64,000 bases of DNA from a bacterium. Lineage in GTDB: Bacteria > SAR324 > NAC60-12. The notes beneath the pieces are model-generated. The model worked only from the letters and a program-made list of their open reading frames with translations. It had not been told where the DNA came from and did not search any database. Positions 28,979 through 41,821 of this stretch are shown here, in pieces (the first letter of the stretch is position 1; each line of letters opens with the position of its first letter). A program made the translations under genes and the position numbers. The DNA lies in contig CBDBHR010000030.1 of the NCBI GenBank assembly GCA_965205865.1, forward strand, positions 576,001-640,000. Direction: 5' to 3'.

Positions 28979-29928
28979 TACAGAGGCTGATTGATCACGG
29001 GAACCGGAATTTTTTGAAGGATCCGACTGATCACTTGACGATCCGCAAATTTACTCGACCAGAGCTGGGGTACCAGCAACAGCCGGTGGGCCAGTGATTC
29101 GACGGCAAATTGCTTGATGTCGTCGGGGATGACATAATCTCTCCCCTGTTGGCAGGCCCAGGCTCGGGCTGATTTGAAAAGAGCCAGTGAACCTCGCGGG
29201 CTGGCGCCGATGGTCACCTGAGTATCTATGCGCGTTTCCCGCACGATTTGCACGATGTATTTTTCCAAATCCGCATCCAGAAAAACGTCCTCGATGATAT
29301 GACGGGCAGCTATCAACTCGGCCCGGCTGGTTTTTTGATGAATGGTCACTTGTTCCTGTTTGCGAAGTTTTCGATTTTGCAGAATCATCTGCTCCACCTC
29401 GAGGGTAGGATAACCGACTCTCAATCGCATCAGGAATCGATCCAACTGGGCTTCCGGGAGCGGGAAGGTGCCTTCGAACTCTATTGGATTCTGCGTGGCC
29501 AGGACGATGAATGGTTCCGGCAACGGCATTCTTTCGCCTTCCAAGGTCACCTGACCCTCTTCCATGGCTTCCAGGAGAGCTGATTGGGTTTTGGGGGATG
29601 CTCGATTGATTTCGTCTGCCAGGATGACGTTGCTGAAAATCGGGCCTTTGTGAACATCAAACTGTCCCCGCTCCCTGTTGAAAATATACCCTCCCACAAT
29701 ATCGCTGGGGAGCAGATCGGGTGTGAATTGTATCCTGCGAAATTCCAGGCCCAAAGCTGCCGCCATACTGCGGACCAAGGTGGTTTTTCCCAATCCGGGA
29801 TTGTCCTCGAAAAGCACGTGCCCGTTGACCAAAATGGCGGTCATGACCATTTCCAGCAACTGCCGTTTCCCCAGAATCGCATGTTCCACTTCATCAATGA
29901 CACGCTTGCTCAGTTCGTCGATTTTCAT
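28978..29928 (-). CDS. MoxR family AAA+ ATPase
   Basis: PGLGKT, RIQFTPDLLPSD, DEINRASPKTQSALLE, LPEAQLDRF. Confidence 0.95.
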   Translation of the reverse strand: MKIDELSKRVIDEVEHAILGKRQLLEMVMTAILVNGHVLFEDNPGLGKTTLVRSMAAALGLEFRRIQFTPDLLPSDIVGGYIFNRERGQFDVHKGPIFSNVILADEINRASPKTQSALLEAMEEGQVTLEGERMPLPEPFIVLATQNPIEFEGTFPLPEAQLDRFLMRLRVGYPTLEVEQMILQNRKLRKQEQVTIHQKTSRAELIAARHIIEDVFLDADLEKYIVQIVRETRIDTQVTIGASPRGSLALFKSARAWACQQGRDYVIPDDIKQFAVESLAHRLLLVPQLWSSKFADRQVISRILQKIPVPVINQPL

Positions 29929-30367
29929 GGCTTTCCCATAGACCAGGTTCGGTTGAATGTAAGATTGAAGAAAAACCGGGGACGCGGACTCGATTCGTCA
30001 CTCTGGTTTCGAGGTGGATAGCGTTGGACTTGTTCCACGTCGCCGAATTCCGCAACGATGACATCGGACTTGTTTTTTATTCCTGAAATATCGAATGATA
30101 GCAAAGGCATAATTCTGTCGGAATTCGATATTGGGTAGCGCCCCGTGATTTTCTATTTTAGTCACCCTGGATCGCCAGCAAAGTGGATTGCTGGTCTTCG
30201 CCAGGAATGACAACTCGATGAGACGCATAACTGCAAAAATCGCGCACCTAACATCAGTTAATAGCACAAGGTCGATAGTGATGGAATGGACAGGGAAGAA
30301 AAAATATGATATCAGCAATAATTGAACGGAAAAAAAACGTATCGCACCTGTATGAAGGGCACTGTCG

Positions 30368-31816
30368 ATGAGCAAATCAACACACATTCAAGAGATTGCG
30401 CAACAACGGGAAAGTTGGCTTCAAGCGATTTGGGCGCACCAAGTGTTCGATAAAAAAAATCTGCGAAGCACTGATGGAGAAAAGATCGAAATCGGCTTTC
30501 CCGGATGGCTCAATAAAGGGGTTGGCCCGGATTTTCACGATGCGCAGATTGTGATAGGTGACAGGCAATTTCATGGATCGGTGGAGGTGCATCTACAATC
30601 CTCTGCCTGGCATACTCACAAGCATCAGCAAAACCCCGCGTACAATTCCGTGATATTACATATTGTGCTCGATCAGAATACTTTCCGGCCCATCGAGAGA
30701 GAAGATGGGATTGCCGTTGCCGAGTTGGAACTTCGCGCGCGCTTGCGCAAGAATGTACTCTCGATGCTCGCAGACGAAAACGAATTGTTGGAACGATATG
30801 ACCATTTGCCCGGACGTTGTGGAATGATGGTGATGGAATGGGGGGCCATGCCACTCGAGCAACTGTTGGGACATGCGGCAGAAAACCGCATGCAGCGTAA
30901 AGTCGACCGGGTTATGCAGCAGTGGGACGGCCATGCACCGGAACAACTGCTATTTCAATTGATCTTCAAAACACTGGGCTATAGCAGCCATTCCCATTCC
31001 TTTGAAGAATTGGCCCAATTGCATCCGATCTCGGAACTGTACCCCTTGCTGCAACAACCCTATCGCGTGGCAAGAACGGAGATTTTGTCACGCTGGTTTG
31101 GGGCTTGTGATCTTTTTTCAAGAAAGAGTCCCCGTTTCGTCCACTCGACGTTGCGAAAAGAATACCATCAGTGGCAAGAAACCTGGCAACGGCAGTCCTC
31201 GAAACAAAAAATTGCCGGGAAATTCGTGATGACGTCTCGTCCGCAAAATTTACCGGAGCGCCGTTTGATCGGAATGTTTCATCACCTCTACCGTCTGAGT
31301 ACGGAGGGATTGTTGAAAGGCTGGTTGAAAGTCTTAACGGAACTGGAAAGCCTTTCGGCGGAAACTTCATTGAAGAAAAAGACCCTGGAACGAACCTCGG
31401 AATTGTTTGCCACGCCCGATTGGGAAATATGGCAATCCTTTCTGGGTTTGCCAACTTCTCATAGTTCCTCCAGCGCCCAGTTGATCGGGAAAGATCGACA
31501 GCTCGTTATCTGGGCCAATGCGATCATTCCTTTTTTTCTGGCATATGCCCGCCATGAAAAATGGATCGCCTTGGAAAAACTGCTTTTCCGTCTCTTCCTC
31601 GTCCTTCCTGCGGAATCGGCCAACCACCGAACACGTTTCATGGAAAAAAGACTGTTGCCATTTCCTGCGATTACCCTGAAACACAAAACCCTTCGCATTC
31701 AACAGGGATTACTGCAAATCCATCAGGATTTTTGCCAGAGTTTCGATCAAGGCTGCCGACAATGCCAATTGCTTCATTTTCTTGAACAATTTCATCGCGA
31801 TCAGCCCTCCTGCTGA
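30368..31816 (+). CDS. DUF2851 family protein
   Basis: GPDF, GSVEVH, WHTHKH, YNSVILHIV, RPQNLPERRL, QQGLLQIH..C..C. Confidence 0.8.
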   Translation: MSKSTHIQEIAQQRESWLQAIWAHQVFDKKNLRSTDGEKIEIGFPGWLNKGVGPDFHDAQIVIGDRQFHGSVEVHLQSSAWHTHKHQQNPAYNSVILHIVLDQNTFRPIEREDGIAVAELELRARLRKNVLSMLADENELLERYDHLPGRCGMMVMEWGAMPLEQLLGHAAENRMQRKVDRVMQQWDGHAPEQLLFQLIFKTLGYSSHSHSFEELAQLHPISELYPLLQQPYRVARTEILSRWFGACDLFSRKSPRFVHSTLRKEYHQWQETWQRQSSKQKIAGKFVMTSRPQNLPERRLIGMFHHLYRLSTEGLLKGWLKVLTELESLSAETSLKKKTLERTSELFATPDWEIWQSFLGLPTSHSSSSAQLIGKDRQLVIWANAIIPFFLAYARHEKWIALEKLLFRLFLVLPAESANHRTRFMEKRLLPFPAITLKHKTLRIQQGLLQIHQDFCQSFDQGCRQCQLLHFLEQFHRDQPSC

Positions 31817-31896
31817 TTCCGGAATCCTCCAATGGAGCAACCATGGCTCCGTCAAGGAGGATCCGGGAAAGCGACAGAATCAAACCTCTGCGACTT

Positions 31897-32315
31897 CTTC
31901 CGAAATTTCAGGAGCTTGCGGGGCTTCCGAAATTTCAGGAGTTTGCAAAGTTTGCGGGGCTTTCGGGGCTTCCGAAATTTCAGGAGTTTGCAAAGTTTGC
32001 GGGGCTTTCGGGGTTTCCGAAATTTCAGGAGTTTGCGAAGTTTGCGGGGCTTTCGGGGCTTCCGAAATTTCAGGAGTTTGCAAAGTTTGCGGGGCTTTCG
32101 GGGTTTCCGAAATTTCAGGAGTTTGCGAAGTTTGCGGGGCTTCCGAAATTTCAGGAGTTTGCAAAGTTTCCGGGGCTTTCGGGGCTTCCGAAATTTCAGG
32201 AGTTTGCAGGAGTTTGCGAAGTTTGCGGGGCTTTCGGGGTTTCCGAAATTTCAGGAGTTTGCGAAGTTTGCGGGGCTTTCGGGGTTTCCGAAATTTCAGG
32301 AGTTTGCGAAGATTT
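31897..32315 (-). repeat. 45-bp coding tandem repeat (9-bp subunits) at the rpoC 3' end
   Basis: gaaatttcagga at 31902, 31929, 31974, 32019, 32064, 32109, 32145, 32190, 32245, 32290. Confidence 0.95.
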
Positions 32316-35300
32316 TGGAATTTTTCGAGTTACTATGATTTCCGGGGCACGTATATAAGAGACGTCTTTAAATCCGGAATAGCCTGTTCCCGCAGGGATC
32401 AGTTTCCCCAGAATAACGTTTTCCTTCAAGCCACGGAAGGTGTCGTATTTCCCCCCTAAGGCGGTATCGGTGAGAACCTTCGTGGTCTCTTGAAAAGACG
32501 CGGCTGAAATGAAGGAGTCGGTACTCAAAGCGGCCCTGGTGATTCCCAAAAGTACCGGTCTCGAACGCGCCGGTATCATGCCTTTATCAATCATTTCCTG
32601 ATTCTTCTGATTGAATTTGCTTCGCGAAACCACTTCTCCAATCAAGAAAGTCGAATCTCCCGAATCTTGAATGAAAACCTGCTTGAGCATTTGGCGGACT
32701 ATCACTTCAATGTGTTTGTCATTGATGCCGACGCCTTGCAGACGATAGACTTCCTGCACTTCATCCACCAGATATTTTTGCAGATCTTTGATTCCTTTGA
32801 CTGCAAGGATATCATGTGGGTTGGGAGATCCATCGATCAAAGGTTCCCCCGCCCGCACATATTCCCCTTCATGGACAGTGATATGCTTTCCCCGGGGAAT
32901 GAGATATTCTTTGGACTCGCCTTTCTCATCTTCGGGTTGAATGATGATTTTTTGTTTCCTTTTTACATCTTTGCCGAAATTGACGATGCCATCGATTTCG
33001 CTGATTACGGCTTGGTCTTTGGGAATGCGAGCTTCGAATAATTCCGCCACTCGAGGCAATCCTCCCGTGATATCTTTGTTTTTCGCCAGTTCTCTTGGAA
33101 TTTTGGCGAGAATATCACCCGCATGAACCTCCTGACCATCTTCTACCACCAACTCGGCCTTGACAGGCAGAGAGAAAACGGCGGGACCGTCATTAGTGTT
33201 TTTTATGGTACGACCACCGCTGTCACGAATCGAAACCTGAGGATGCATGTCGGGATCCGGAGATGCCAGAATCGCGTGCCGTACCAAACCCGTGGCTTCG
33301 TCCACCTGTTCTCTGACGGTTTGTCCTTCAATGATGTCATTGAAACGAATGTATCCCGAAACGTCCGTCAGAATAGGAACGGAGAAGGGATCCCATTCGG
33401 CAATCTGATCACCTTGAGTGACGTTGGCTCCCTGCTCGAATTTGATGATTGCGCCCAGTGGGAGGGGATGTCTTTCTTTTTCCCGTCCATTTTCGTCCAC
33501 AATGATGGCTTCGCCCCGCCGTCCCAAGACCGTCCAGAAGCCCCTCTCATTCTTCACCTCCTTTAAATCTTTGAGGTGTAGAATTCCGCTGAATTTGACA
33601 TCCCACGTGTTTTGTTCCGCACGACGGCTCGCTGTGCCACCAATGTGGAAAGTACGCATGGTGAGTTGGGTTCCGGGTTCTCCGATGCTTTGCGCGGCAA
33701 TCACTCCCGCGGCCTCTCCCATATTGATCAGGGTTCCCCGCGCAAGATCCCGTCCGTAGCATTTTCGACAAATGCCGCGTTCCGTCATGCAAGTCAACAC
33801 GGAACGGATTTTCAACTTTTCGATTCCAGCCCGGTCGATTTTATGCACCACGTCTTCGGTCACTTCCTGACCAGCCCGCACCAGAAAATGGGATTCATCA
33901 TCAGGATCCACCACGTTTTCCAACACAATTCGTCCCAAGATCCGTTCCGAAATCGGTTCAATGACCTCTCCCGATTCAATGAGGGCAGTGATATCGATGC
34001 CATCGAGGGTGCCACAATCTTCTTCCATCACCACGCAGTCCTGCGCCACGTCCACCAGACGGCGGGTAAGGTATCCCGAATTGGCGGTTTTGAGCGCCGT
34101 ATCAGCCAATCCTTTGCGAGCGCCATGAGTGGAAATGAAGTACTGTAAGACGTCCAAGCCCTCACGGAAGTTGGCAGTGATTGGATTCTCGATGATTTCC
34201 CCGGAAGGTTTGGCCATCAGCCCGCGCATGCCGGCCAATTGCTTCATCTGCTGGGCGCTGCCCCGTGCTCCGGAGTCGGCCATCATGAAAATGGAATTGA
34301 CTTTTTGGGTGCCATCCAAATCCACGATTTCTTCCGTCAGGCCTTTTAGCATCTCTTCAGCAATTTTTTCGGTGACGCGTGCCCATATATCGATCACTTG
34401 ATTGTATCGCTCTCCGTCAGTAATCAACCCATCTTGATATTGAGAATTGATTTGATTGACTTTTTGTTGCGCTTCGTTGAGCAAAATACCTTTCAGAGGA
34501 GGGATGACCATGTCTTGCATGCCAATAGAGAATCCTGCATTGGTCGCAAAGGCGTATCCCAGATTTTTTAGTGAATCCAACATTTGGACCGTCTTGACAC
34601 TACCTGCTCTCCGGTAGCAAATATCGACCAGTTCTCCCAATTGTTTCTTATTCAAATGCCGGTTAATCAAGGAAAAGGGCACTTCCTTGGGAATGACTGA
34701 TGCCAGGAGGATTCTACCCACCGTCGTATCGAAAATCTCACCATCGATGCGGACTTTGACTTTTGCCTGCAAATCCACCTTCTTGTGATCATAGGCGATG
34801 CGCACTTCGTCAGGATTGGAAAATATCTTGCCTTCTCCCGCAACGCCGTCACGTTCGCGGGTGATCCAGTAAAGTCCCAATACCATATCCTGATTGGGCG
34901 CCATAACCGGCTTTCCATTAGCAGGCGACAAAATATTGCTGGTGGCCATCATCAGAATTTTCGTTTCCAGTTGAGCTTCCACGGAAAGAGGGATATGCAC
35001 CGCCATTTGGTCGCCATCGAAATCCGCGTTGAATGCGGTACAAACCAAAGGATGAAGTTGGATCGCTTTTCCTTCAATCAGAACGGGTTCAAAGGCCTGG
35101 ATACCCAAGCGGTGCAAAGTGGGGGCGCGATTGAGCAACACCGGATGATCGACTATCACTTCTTCCAGAATCGCCCAGACCGCCGGTGAGCCTTCCTCTA
35201 ATTTCTTTTTTGCCATTTTGATGGTTGGAATCTCGTTGCCATCAATGAGTTTGTGATAGATGAATGGTTTGAACAATTCCAGAGCCATTTTCTTGGGAAG

Positions 35301-36398
35301 TCCACATTGATGAAGCTTCAACTCCGGTCCCACGACAATGACGGTTCTGCCGGAATAATCGACCCGTTTTCCCAACAGATTTTGACGAAAACGTCCCTGT
35401 TTCCCTTTAAGCATATCACTGAGCGACTTCAAGGGGCGTTTATTGGTTCCCATGATCGGACGTCCTCTTCTGCCATTGTCGAAGAGGGCATCGACTGATT
35501 CTTGCAACATCCGTTTTTCATTTTTGATGATAATGTTGGGAGCTCTCAATTCGATCAATCGTTTCAGCCGGTTATTGCGATGAATGACCCGGCGGTACAA
35601 ATCATTGAGATCACTGGTTGCAAAACGGCCTCCTTCCAAGGGAACGAGGGGACGCAACTCTGGTGGCAAAATGGGCAGTATATCGACAATCATGGAATCC
35701 GGCGCATTTCCGGAAAGTTTGAGAGCATTGATGATATTCAATCGTTTGACAATGCGTTTGCGACGCGCTTCGGAGCCGGTTTCTCTCAATTCCCGGTGCA
35801 ACGATTCGCTCAAAGCCATCGGGTCAATGCGCCGGAGAAGCAATCGCACTGATTCAGCGCCCATTCCCAATTCGAGGTCGGAGAATTCTTCCAGCAATTC
35901 CCGGTATTTATCCTCCTCCACTATATCTTTTTCCTTCAAACCGGAAGCGCCGGGTTCCAGGACAATATAAGAATCGAAATAAAGCACGCGTTCCAAATCA
36001 CGTAGCGTCATATCCAACACGGTGCCAATCCGGCTGGGCACGCCTTTCAGAAACCAGACGTGTGAAACCGGAGAGGCAAGCTTGATATGCCCCATTCTTT
36101 CCCGACGGACTTTCGATTGAATCACTTCCACTCCACATTTTTCGCAAGTGATTCCGCGGTGTTTCATCCGCTTGTATTTGCCGCAATTGCATTCATAGTC
36201 ATGGGTTGGCCCAAATATCTTGGCACAAAACAAACCATCACGCTCCGGCTTAAAAGTCCGGTAGTTGATGGTTTCAGAAGTTTTCACTTCCCCGTTCGAC
36301 CAGGACAAGACATCCTCATGGGTAGCAATATTGATCCTGACGGCGGTGTAATCTTTGGGACTCATGGTGAGTTCGAATAAACTTTTTAAAGAAATCAC
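32196..36398 (-). CDS. rpoC: RNA polymerase subunit beta' (may extend to 31880 if the repeat frameshift is an artefact)
   Basis: NADFDGD, Zn motifs, [13 protein letters not shown]; start estimated at GTG 36398 after GGAGA. Confidence 0.97.
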   Translation of the reverse strand: MISLKSLFELTMSPKDYTAVRINIATHEDVLSWSNGEVKTSETINYRTFKPERDGLFCAKIFGPTHDYECNCGKYKRMKHRGITCEKCGVEVIQSKVRRERMGHIKLASPVSHVWFLKGVPSRIGTVLDMTLRDLERVLYFDSYIVLEPGASGLKEKDIVEEDKYRELLEEFSDLELGMGAESVRLLLRRIDPMALSESLHRELRETGSEARRKRIVKRLNIINALKLSGNAPDSMIVDILPILPPELRPLVPLEGGRFATSDLNDLYRRVIHRNNRLKRLIELRAPNIIIKNEKRMLQESVDALFDNGRRGRPIMGTNKRPLKSLSDMLKGKQGRFRQNLLGKRVDYSGRTVIVVGPELKLHQCGLPKKMALELFKPFIYHKLIDGNEIPTIKMAKKKLEEGSPAVWAILEEVIVDHPVLLNRAPTLHRLGIQAFEPVLIEGKAIQLHPLVCTAFNADFDGDQMAVHIPLSVEAQLETKILMMATSNILSPANGKPVMAPNQDMVLGLYWITRERDGVAGEGKIFSNPDEVRIAYDHKKVDLQAKVKVRIDGEIFDTTVGRILLASVIPKEVPFSLINRHLNKKQLGELVDICYRRAGSVKTVQMLDSLKNLGYAFATNAGFSIGMQDMVIPPLKGILLNEAQQKVNQINSQYQDGLITDGERYNQVIDIWARVTEKIAEEMLKGLTEEIVDLDGTQKVNSIFMMADSGARGSAQQMKQLAGMRGLMAKPSGEIIENPITANFREGLDVLQYFISTHGARKGLADTALKTANSGYLTRRLVDVAQDCVVMEEDCGTLDGIDITALIESGEVIEPISERILGRIVLENVVDPDDESHFLVRAGQEVTEDVVHKIDRAGIEKLKIRSVLTCMTERGICRKCYGRDLARGTLINMGEAAGVIAAQSIGEPGTQLTMRTFHIGGTASRRAEQNTWDVKFSGILHLKDLKEVKNERGFWTVLGRRGEAIIVDENGREKERHPLPLGAIIKFEQGANVTQGDQIAEWDPFSVPILTDVSGYIRFNDIIEGQTVREQVDEATGLVRHAILASPDPDMHPQVSIRDSGGRTIKNTNDGPAVFSLPVKAELVVEDGQEVHAGDILAKIPRELAKNKDITGGLPRVAELFEARIPKDQAVISEIDGIVNFGKDVKRKQKIIIQPEDEKGESKEYLIPRGKHITVHEGEYVRAGEPLIDGSPNPHDILAVKGIKDLQKYLVDEVQEVYRLQGVGINDKHIEVIVRQMLKQVFIQDSGDSTFLIGEVVSRSKFNQKNQEMIDKGMIPARSRPVLLGITRAALSTDSFISAASFQETTKVLTDTALGGKYDTFRGLKENVILGKLIPAGTGYSGFKDVSYIRAPEIIVTRKIPKSSQTPEISETPKAPQTSQTPEISETPKAPQTSQTPANS

Positions 36399-36465
36399 GT
36401 TGTTCTCCAACTTAGGGGTGACTCTTAAAATCGAGAGAAGAAACAGCTTCCAAAAAAAACGCTTA

Positions 36466-39400
36466 TCAGAGAACTTCCTCCTCCAATTCATTCTCGGAAG
36501 AAACTGTTTCGACATTTTGTAATAATTCAATATTCAGACACAGGCTTTTGAGTTCACTGATCAAGACCTTGAAGGACTCGGGAATGCCGGTATCCAAATG
36601 CTGGATTCCCTTGATAATCGTTTCGTACATCCGGTTCCGTCCCTGGACATCGTCGGATTTGACAGTCAGCAGTTCCTGCAGCGTGTAAGCTGCCCCGTAG
36701 GCTTCCAATGCCCACACTTCCATTTCTCCAAAACGCTGGCCGCCAAACTGGGCTTTCCCCCCAAGGGGTTGCTGTGTCACCAGGGAATATGGCCCGATAG
36801 AGCGGGCATGGATTTTTTCATCAACCAAATGGTGCAGTTTGAGGATGTATGCGTAACCCACGGTAACTTTCTGACTGAAACGTTCTCCCGTCAAGCCATC
36901 ATACAACCAAATTTGCCCGGATTTCGGAAGTTCCGCCAATTTCATCATGGTGTGGATGTCATCTTCCGTGGCGCCATCAAATACGGGAGTGGCCATATGG
37001 ATGCCGTTGCGACATTTGTGGGCAAACTCGAGAAATTCTTCGTCACTGAGACGGTTGAGATACTTGGTCACTTCAGGAACATTATAAATTTGCTTGAAAA
37101 ACCTTCTCAGTTTGTTGACCGGATGGTTTTTTTCCACAAATTTTTGCACCTTTTCTCCCAATTCGTGGGCAGCCCAACCGAGGTGGGTTTCCAAGACCTG
37201 ACCAACATTCATGCGGGAGGGGACGCCCAGGGGATTCAAGACGATATCAATCGGAGTCCCGTCTTCCTGGAAAGGCATATTTTCTACCGGTTGGATTTTT
37301 GAGACAATCCCTTTGTTTCCATGCCTGCCCGCCATTTTGTCGCCCACCGCCAACTTTCTTTTGGTGGCCAGGTAAACTTTGACCATGCGAATAACCCCCG
37401 GAGGCAATTCGTCACCTTTGGAAATTTTTTCGCATTTGTCTTGATAAATGTTTTCCAGCAAATACATTTGCGAAAGTGCGTTGCCGACCAGAATTTCAAG
37501 CTGCTGATTGCTTTCAGCATTGTCGGTTTTGACCGAATTCCAGTTTTTCAACGGGAGGATTCCCAAATTTTCTTCAGTGATAATAGTTCCCGACGCCAGG
37601 AAGATTTCTCCTTTGGCAACACTGATTTTCCTGGTCAGTTTTTTGTTCTGAATGAGAGGAAGAGCCATTTTGAGCAAATTGCGTCTTACAATTCTCAATT
37701 CATCTTCATGGTCCTTTTTATAGGTTTCCAGCAGTTCCCGTTCGTTTTCCATTGTGCGTTTGTCTCGTTCGACGCCACCACGGTTGAAAACCACCACATC
37801 GATGACAACGCCCTCCACTCCTTGATTGACTCGTAACGACGTATCACGAACATCTCCCGCTTTTTCACCAAAAATGGCGCGGAGCAGCTTTTCTTCGGGA
37901 TTGAGTTGACTCTCGCCTTTGGGAGTGACCTTTCCTACCAGGATATCACCGGGTCTCACATAGTTTCCCACGCGCACAATGCCGCTATCATCGAGCTGCG
38001 CAAGCGCTTCTTCACCGACATTGGGAATATCACGCGTGATTTCCTCCTTACCCAGTTTCATATCTCGGGCTACCATGTCAAAAATATCGATATGGACCGA
38101 GGTGAAGCGATCTTTATGCAGCAGCTTTTCGGAAACCAGAATGGAATCCTCGAAATTGTAACCATTCCATGGCATGAAAGCGATCATGATATTTTGCCCG
38201 AGGGCCAATTCACCGTTGTCGCAACTGGAGCCATCCGCAATGATATCTCCGGCAGAAACCCGCTCTCCTTTCGTCACCAGGGGACGCTGGTTGATACAAG
38301 TATTCTGGTTGGATCGTCGATATTTGGTGAGATGATAAATATCGACATTGGCCGGCACGACGGAACCTTCTTTGGAAAGGTCGACGTCCGCTTGAATCAC
38401 AAGCCTTCCGGCATCCACGCTATCAACGATGCCGGATCGTTTTGCCACCACGCATGCCCCGGAGTCCAAGGCGGTCTGATATTCGACGCCTGTCCCGACA
38501 AGAGGCGCTTCGGAACGAATGAGGGGCACTCCCTGACGTTGCATGTTGGAACCCATCAAAGCCCGGTTGGCATCATCGTGTTCCAGAAAGGGAATGAGGG
38601 ATGCCGCCACCGAAACCAATTGACAGGGAGCCACGTCGATAAAGTGGACGTCGTTTTTGGGAACCATGCCATATTCCCCGCCTTTTCGAATTGAAACAAA
38701 TTCTTCAACGAATTCTTTTTTTGCGGTCAATTGGGCATTGGCTTGCGCAATATTGACCGCATCTTCTTCGATGGCGGAGAAAAACCTGACCTCGTTGGTA
38801 ACTTTTCCCTCTTTGACCCGGCAATAAGGGGTTTCAATGAAACCAAAGCGATTGATGCGGCCGTGAGTGGCTAAGGACGCAATCAATCCGATGTTAGGAC
38901 CTTCCGGCGTTTCAATGGGACAAATGCGCCCATAATGGGAAGAGTGCACGTCTCGCACATCAAAGCCGGCTCTTTCCCGGGTCAAACCTCCCGGTCCCAG
39001 CGCACTCAGTCGTCGTTTGTGCGTGATTTCCGAGAGGGGATTGGTCTGGTCCATGAATTGAGACAACTGGCTGCTACTGAAAAATTCATGGATGGCCGCA
39101 GCCACCGGTTTGGCATTGACGATATCATGGAGCATCATGGTTTCGGTATCTTGCAGACTCATTCTTTCTTTAATTGCCCGCTCCATATGAACCAGCCCTA
39201 TACGGAATTGATTTTCCAACAATTCTCCCACGCTACGAATTCTGCGATTGCCCAGGTGGTCGATGTCGTCGATGGCGCCCTGACCTTCTTTGAGCAACAA
39301 AAGGTATCGTACGGAGCCAAGGATATCTTCATGAGTGAGGGTCGATTGATCAAGGGGATAATCCAATTGCAGCTTCTTGTTGAGCTTCAAGCGTCCTACT

Positions 39401-40653
39401 TTCGACAGGCTGTAACGCGCAGGATTGAAAAAGAAATTTGTTATCAAGGTATTGGCAGCCTCCAAAGTGGGAGGATCGCCGGGTTTCAGTTTTTTATACA
39501 ATTCGATCAATGCGGCATCCGGAGAAGTGATTTGATCGATAGCCAGCGTGTCCCTCAGACAAGAGCTGATCGTTTTGGCGGCAATGTGCAGGACTTCGAC
39601 TATTTCTACTTTGTGAGCAAGCAATTTTTCTAATATTGCTTCATCGATAAGGCTGTTGCATGCCAACAACAGTTCCCCTCTTTCGCCATAAATATCACGA
39701 GCCGCATATTTTCCTTGCGCATCCTCCCGGGTGATCTTGATTTGCTCGATTCCGGCTTTTTTCATGCGTTGCACGAGTTTCTCGGTGAATTTTCGCCCGA
39801 CTTTCACCAAGGTTTCCCCGCTTTGAGGATCCTGGATTTCGTGGGCAGCCCGCTGGTTGACGGTTACCAGAGGATCGACGTATTTAAAAAACTCTTGCTT
39901 CCCGCGGTCCCCTGTATGATGGGCATTCCGTAAATCGATTTTTTCGAATTGATAAAACGATTCCAGGATTTGTTCCGTCGTGTACCCCAAGGCTCTCAAG
40001 AGTATGGTGGCGGGAAATTTCCGGCGACGATCGATACGGACATAGAGGATGTCTTTGGTATCAAATTCGAAATCGAGCCAAGAACCCCGTTGTGGGATAA
40101 TGCGGGCGGAATAAAAATTCTTCCCTCCCGTGTTGACTTTTGTCTTATCCAGAGAGAAAAAAAGTCCCGGACTCTTATGCATCTGACTGACGATGACCCG
40201 TTCCGTTCCGTTGATGATGAACGAACCAGTGGGTGTCATGAGGGGAATATCTCCCAGATAAATATCCTGTTCCTTAATGTCATGAATGTGCTTTACTTCG
40301 GAAACATTGTCCTTTTCCCAAACGATCAACCGTAAGGCGGCACGCAGTGGCGCAGCATAGGTTACCCCCCGAATCCGACACTCTTCCACCAAATATTTGG
40401 ATTCTCCGAGCCGGTAATGCACATATTCCAGGGTGGAAGAGCCGCTAAAATCTGAAATCGGAAAGACCGAGCAGAAAACAGCTTGCAGCCCTTCTTCCTC
40501 GCGCTGGTCGGGCGGAGTGTTTTTTTGTAGGAAACGTTCGTAGGAATCCAGTTGGATTTTCAATAAATTAGGCACTCCGATTGGCGCCTCGATACGACCA
40601 AAAGAACGCCTGATGCGATGACGATTGCTCAAGTCGGTTGACATAACGCTCAC
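36466..40653 (-). CDS. rpoB: RNA polymerase subunit beta
   Basis: [41 protein letters not shown]. Confidence 0.98.
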   Translation of the reverse strand: MSVMSTDLSNRHRIRRSFGRIEAPIGVPNLLKIQLDSYERFLQKNTPPDQREEEGLQAVFCSVFPISDFSGSSTLEYVHYRLGESKYLVEECRIRGVTYAAPLRAALRLIVWEKDNVSEVKHIHDIKEQDIYLGDIPLMTPTGSFIINGTERVIVSQMHKSPGLFFSLDKTKVNTGGKNFYSARIIPQRGSWLDFEFDTKDILYVRIDRRRKFPATILLRALGYTTEQILESFYQFEKIDLRNAHHTGDRGKQEFFKYVDPLVTVNQRAAHEIQDPQSGETLVKVGRKFTEKLVQRMKKAGIEQIKITREDAQGKYAARDIYGERGELLLACNSLIDEAILEKLLAHKVEIVEVLHIAAKTISSCLRDTLAIDQITSPDAALIELYKKLKPGDPPTLEAANTLITNFFFNPARYSLSKVGRLKLNKKLQLDYPLDQSTLTHEDILGSVRYLLLLKEGQGAIDDIDHLGNRRIRSVGELLENQFRIGLVHMERAIKERMSLQDTETMMLHDIVNAKPVAAAIHEFFSSSQLSQFMDQTNPLSEITHKRRLSALGPGGLTRERAGFDVRDVHSSHYGRICPIETPEGPNIGLIASLATHGRINRFGFIETPYCRVKEGKVTNEVRFFSAIEEDAVNIAQANAQLTAKKEFVEEFVSIRKGGEYGMVPKNDVHFIDVAPCQLVSVAASLIPFLEHDDANRALMGSNMQRQGVPLIRSEAPLVGTGVEYQTALDSGACVVAKRSGIVDSVDAGRLVIQADVDLSKEGSVVPANVDIYHLTKYRRSNQNTCINQRPLVTKGERVSAGDIIADGSSCDNGELALGQNIMIAFMPWNGYNFEDSILVSEKLLHKDRFTSVHIDIFDMVARDMKLGKEEITRDIPNVGEEALAQLDDSGIVRVGNYVRPGDILVGKVTPKGESQLNPEEKLLRAIFGEKAGDVRDTSLRVNQGVEGVVIDVVVFNRGGVERDKRTMENERELLETYKKDHEDELRIVRRNLLKMALPLIQNKKLTRKISVAKGEIFLASGTIITEENLGILPLKNWNSVKTDNAESNQQLEILVGNALSQMYLLENIYQDKCEKISKGDELPPGVIRMVKVYLATKRKLAVGDKMAGRHGNKGIVSKIQPVENMPFQEDGTPIDIVLNPLGVPSRMNVGQVLETHLGWAAHELGEKVQKFVEKNHPVNKLRRFFKQIYNVPEVTKYLNRLSDEEFLEFAHKCRNGIHMATPVFDGATEDDIHTMMKLAELPKSGQIWLYDGLTGERFSQKVTVGYAYILKLHHLVDEKIHARSIGPYSLVTQQPLGGKAQFGGQRFGEMEVWALEAYGAAYTLQELLTVKSDDVQGRNRMYETIIKGIQHLDTGIPESFKVLISELKSLCLNIELLQNVETVSSENELEEEVL

Positions 40654-41138
40654 TTTGCTGAATGATTACCAAATCATTGCGTCGCAGCGTATTCTCCACT
40701 CGATGTATACGATGCGACACAATCATGTTTTAACTGAATTTGTTTTCGTAACCCAAAATCCTTGAAAAAATTCCGGATTTCAAAGTATGTATTTGTTTAA
40801 ACGTCGTAAAAAAATTCGAGAACTTCTTAGACTGCGCGCAAGAAGACATCTCCGGCGTAAGAAATAGTGACAAGGAGGGAAAAATGGATGAAGCAAAACT
40901 CATACGGTTTATTCATCACTCGAATGAAATTGTGAGGTAAAGTCTGGAATAGTAACATAAATTTTTGAAGAGGCAAGAAAATAAGAAACGTTGTCCGGGA
41001 TTTTTTAAAAAAAATGGGACCCCAGGCTGCGGTATTAAAAAAAGACTGCTGAGCACAAAGAATTGCTTGCGCTTATCTGCCACAGGTATTAGAAGACATG
41101 ACAATTTTTCTTAAGAAACAAGAGTCGTGAGTTCGTAT

Positions 41139-41216
41139 TTCATCCCGGACTCGATCCGGAATCCGGTCTGCGCAAACCCTTGAAAAACTCCGGATTCCCG
41201 ATTTCGCAAGAATGGC
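41139..41216. repeat. Degenerate GTCAT-type REP-like hairpin
   Basis: tcatcccggactcgatccggaatccgg..ccggattcccgatttcgcaagaatggc. Confidence 0.5.
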
Positions 41217-41322
41217 AAAGCGTTCCAAGCAGCCTTAATAATTGAATGACTTACGAGAACTTACAACTGTCGAGTCAAGAAAAGAAAAACGACAAATTTG
41301 TTACAATCCGGGTATTGATCAA

Positions 41323-41754
41323 ATGTTTGCTAAAGTTCACATCATTTCGTCCTTCATCTGTCTGCATTGCTGCAAGCAGTTTCGTATGGAAATCGGACTG
41401 TTGGAAAATTTCGTCTTTGGTTTGCGGGATATGACTTTTGAAGAAGTGATGGACGAATTTCCGGAGGTAATGGAAGAGATGGAAAGGGATGAATTTCAAA
41501 AATCGGTATTCAGCCGATTCATTTTTGAACATGGACCCCATGACGTGCGATTTCTTTATACGCCTGTAGATCATATGTCACGAATCGTAGAAATGCGAGC
41601 AGGTCATTATAAGCAGGTGATCAGCTTATACCAACAATATCAAGCAGTGGGACGCAGTGTTAAAAATGCGCTGCAACAGTCCGGAATTTTTCATCCTCCG
41701 ACTTTGAAAAATAAAGAGAATCGATTTTATTGGGAGGGGAAGAAAAAAAGATAA
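41323..41754 (+). CDS. Hypothetical protein
   Basis: ORF divergent from rpoB; start uncertain (41323 or 41387). Confidence 0.6.
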   Translation: MFAKVHIISSFICLHCCKQFRMEIGLLENFVFGLRDMTFEEVMDEFPEVMEEMERDEFQKSVFSRFIFEHGPHDVRFLYTPVDHMSRIVEMRAGHYKQVISLYQQYQAVGRSVKNALQQSGIFHPPTLKNKENRFYWEGKKKR

Positions 41755-41821
41755 TCGATTTTTGGCGGATTCGCATGGCTTTCAATCCCCTGGCCAAACC
41801 GGCAAGCAAGGTTTCGAGATT

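Noticed and set aside
31782-32459. Cys-rich or Arg-rich repeat proteins on the + strand
   Set aside because: Stop-free shadows of the rpoC tandem repeat
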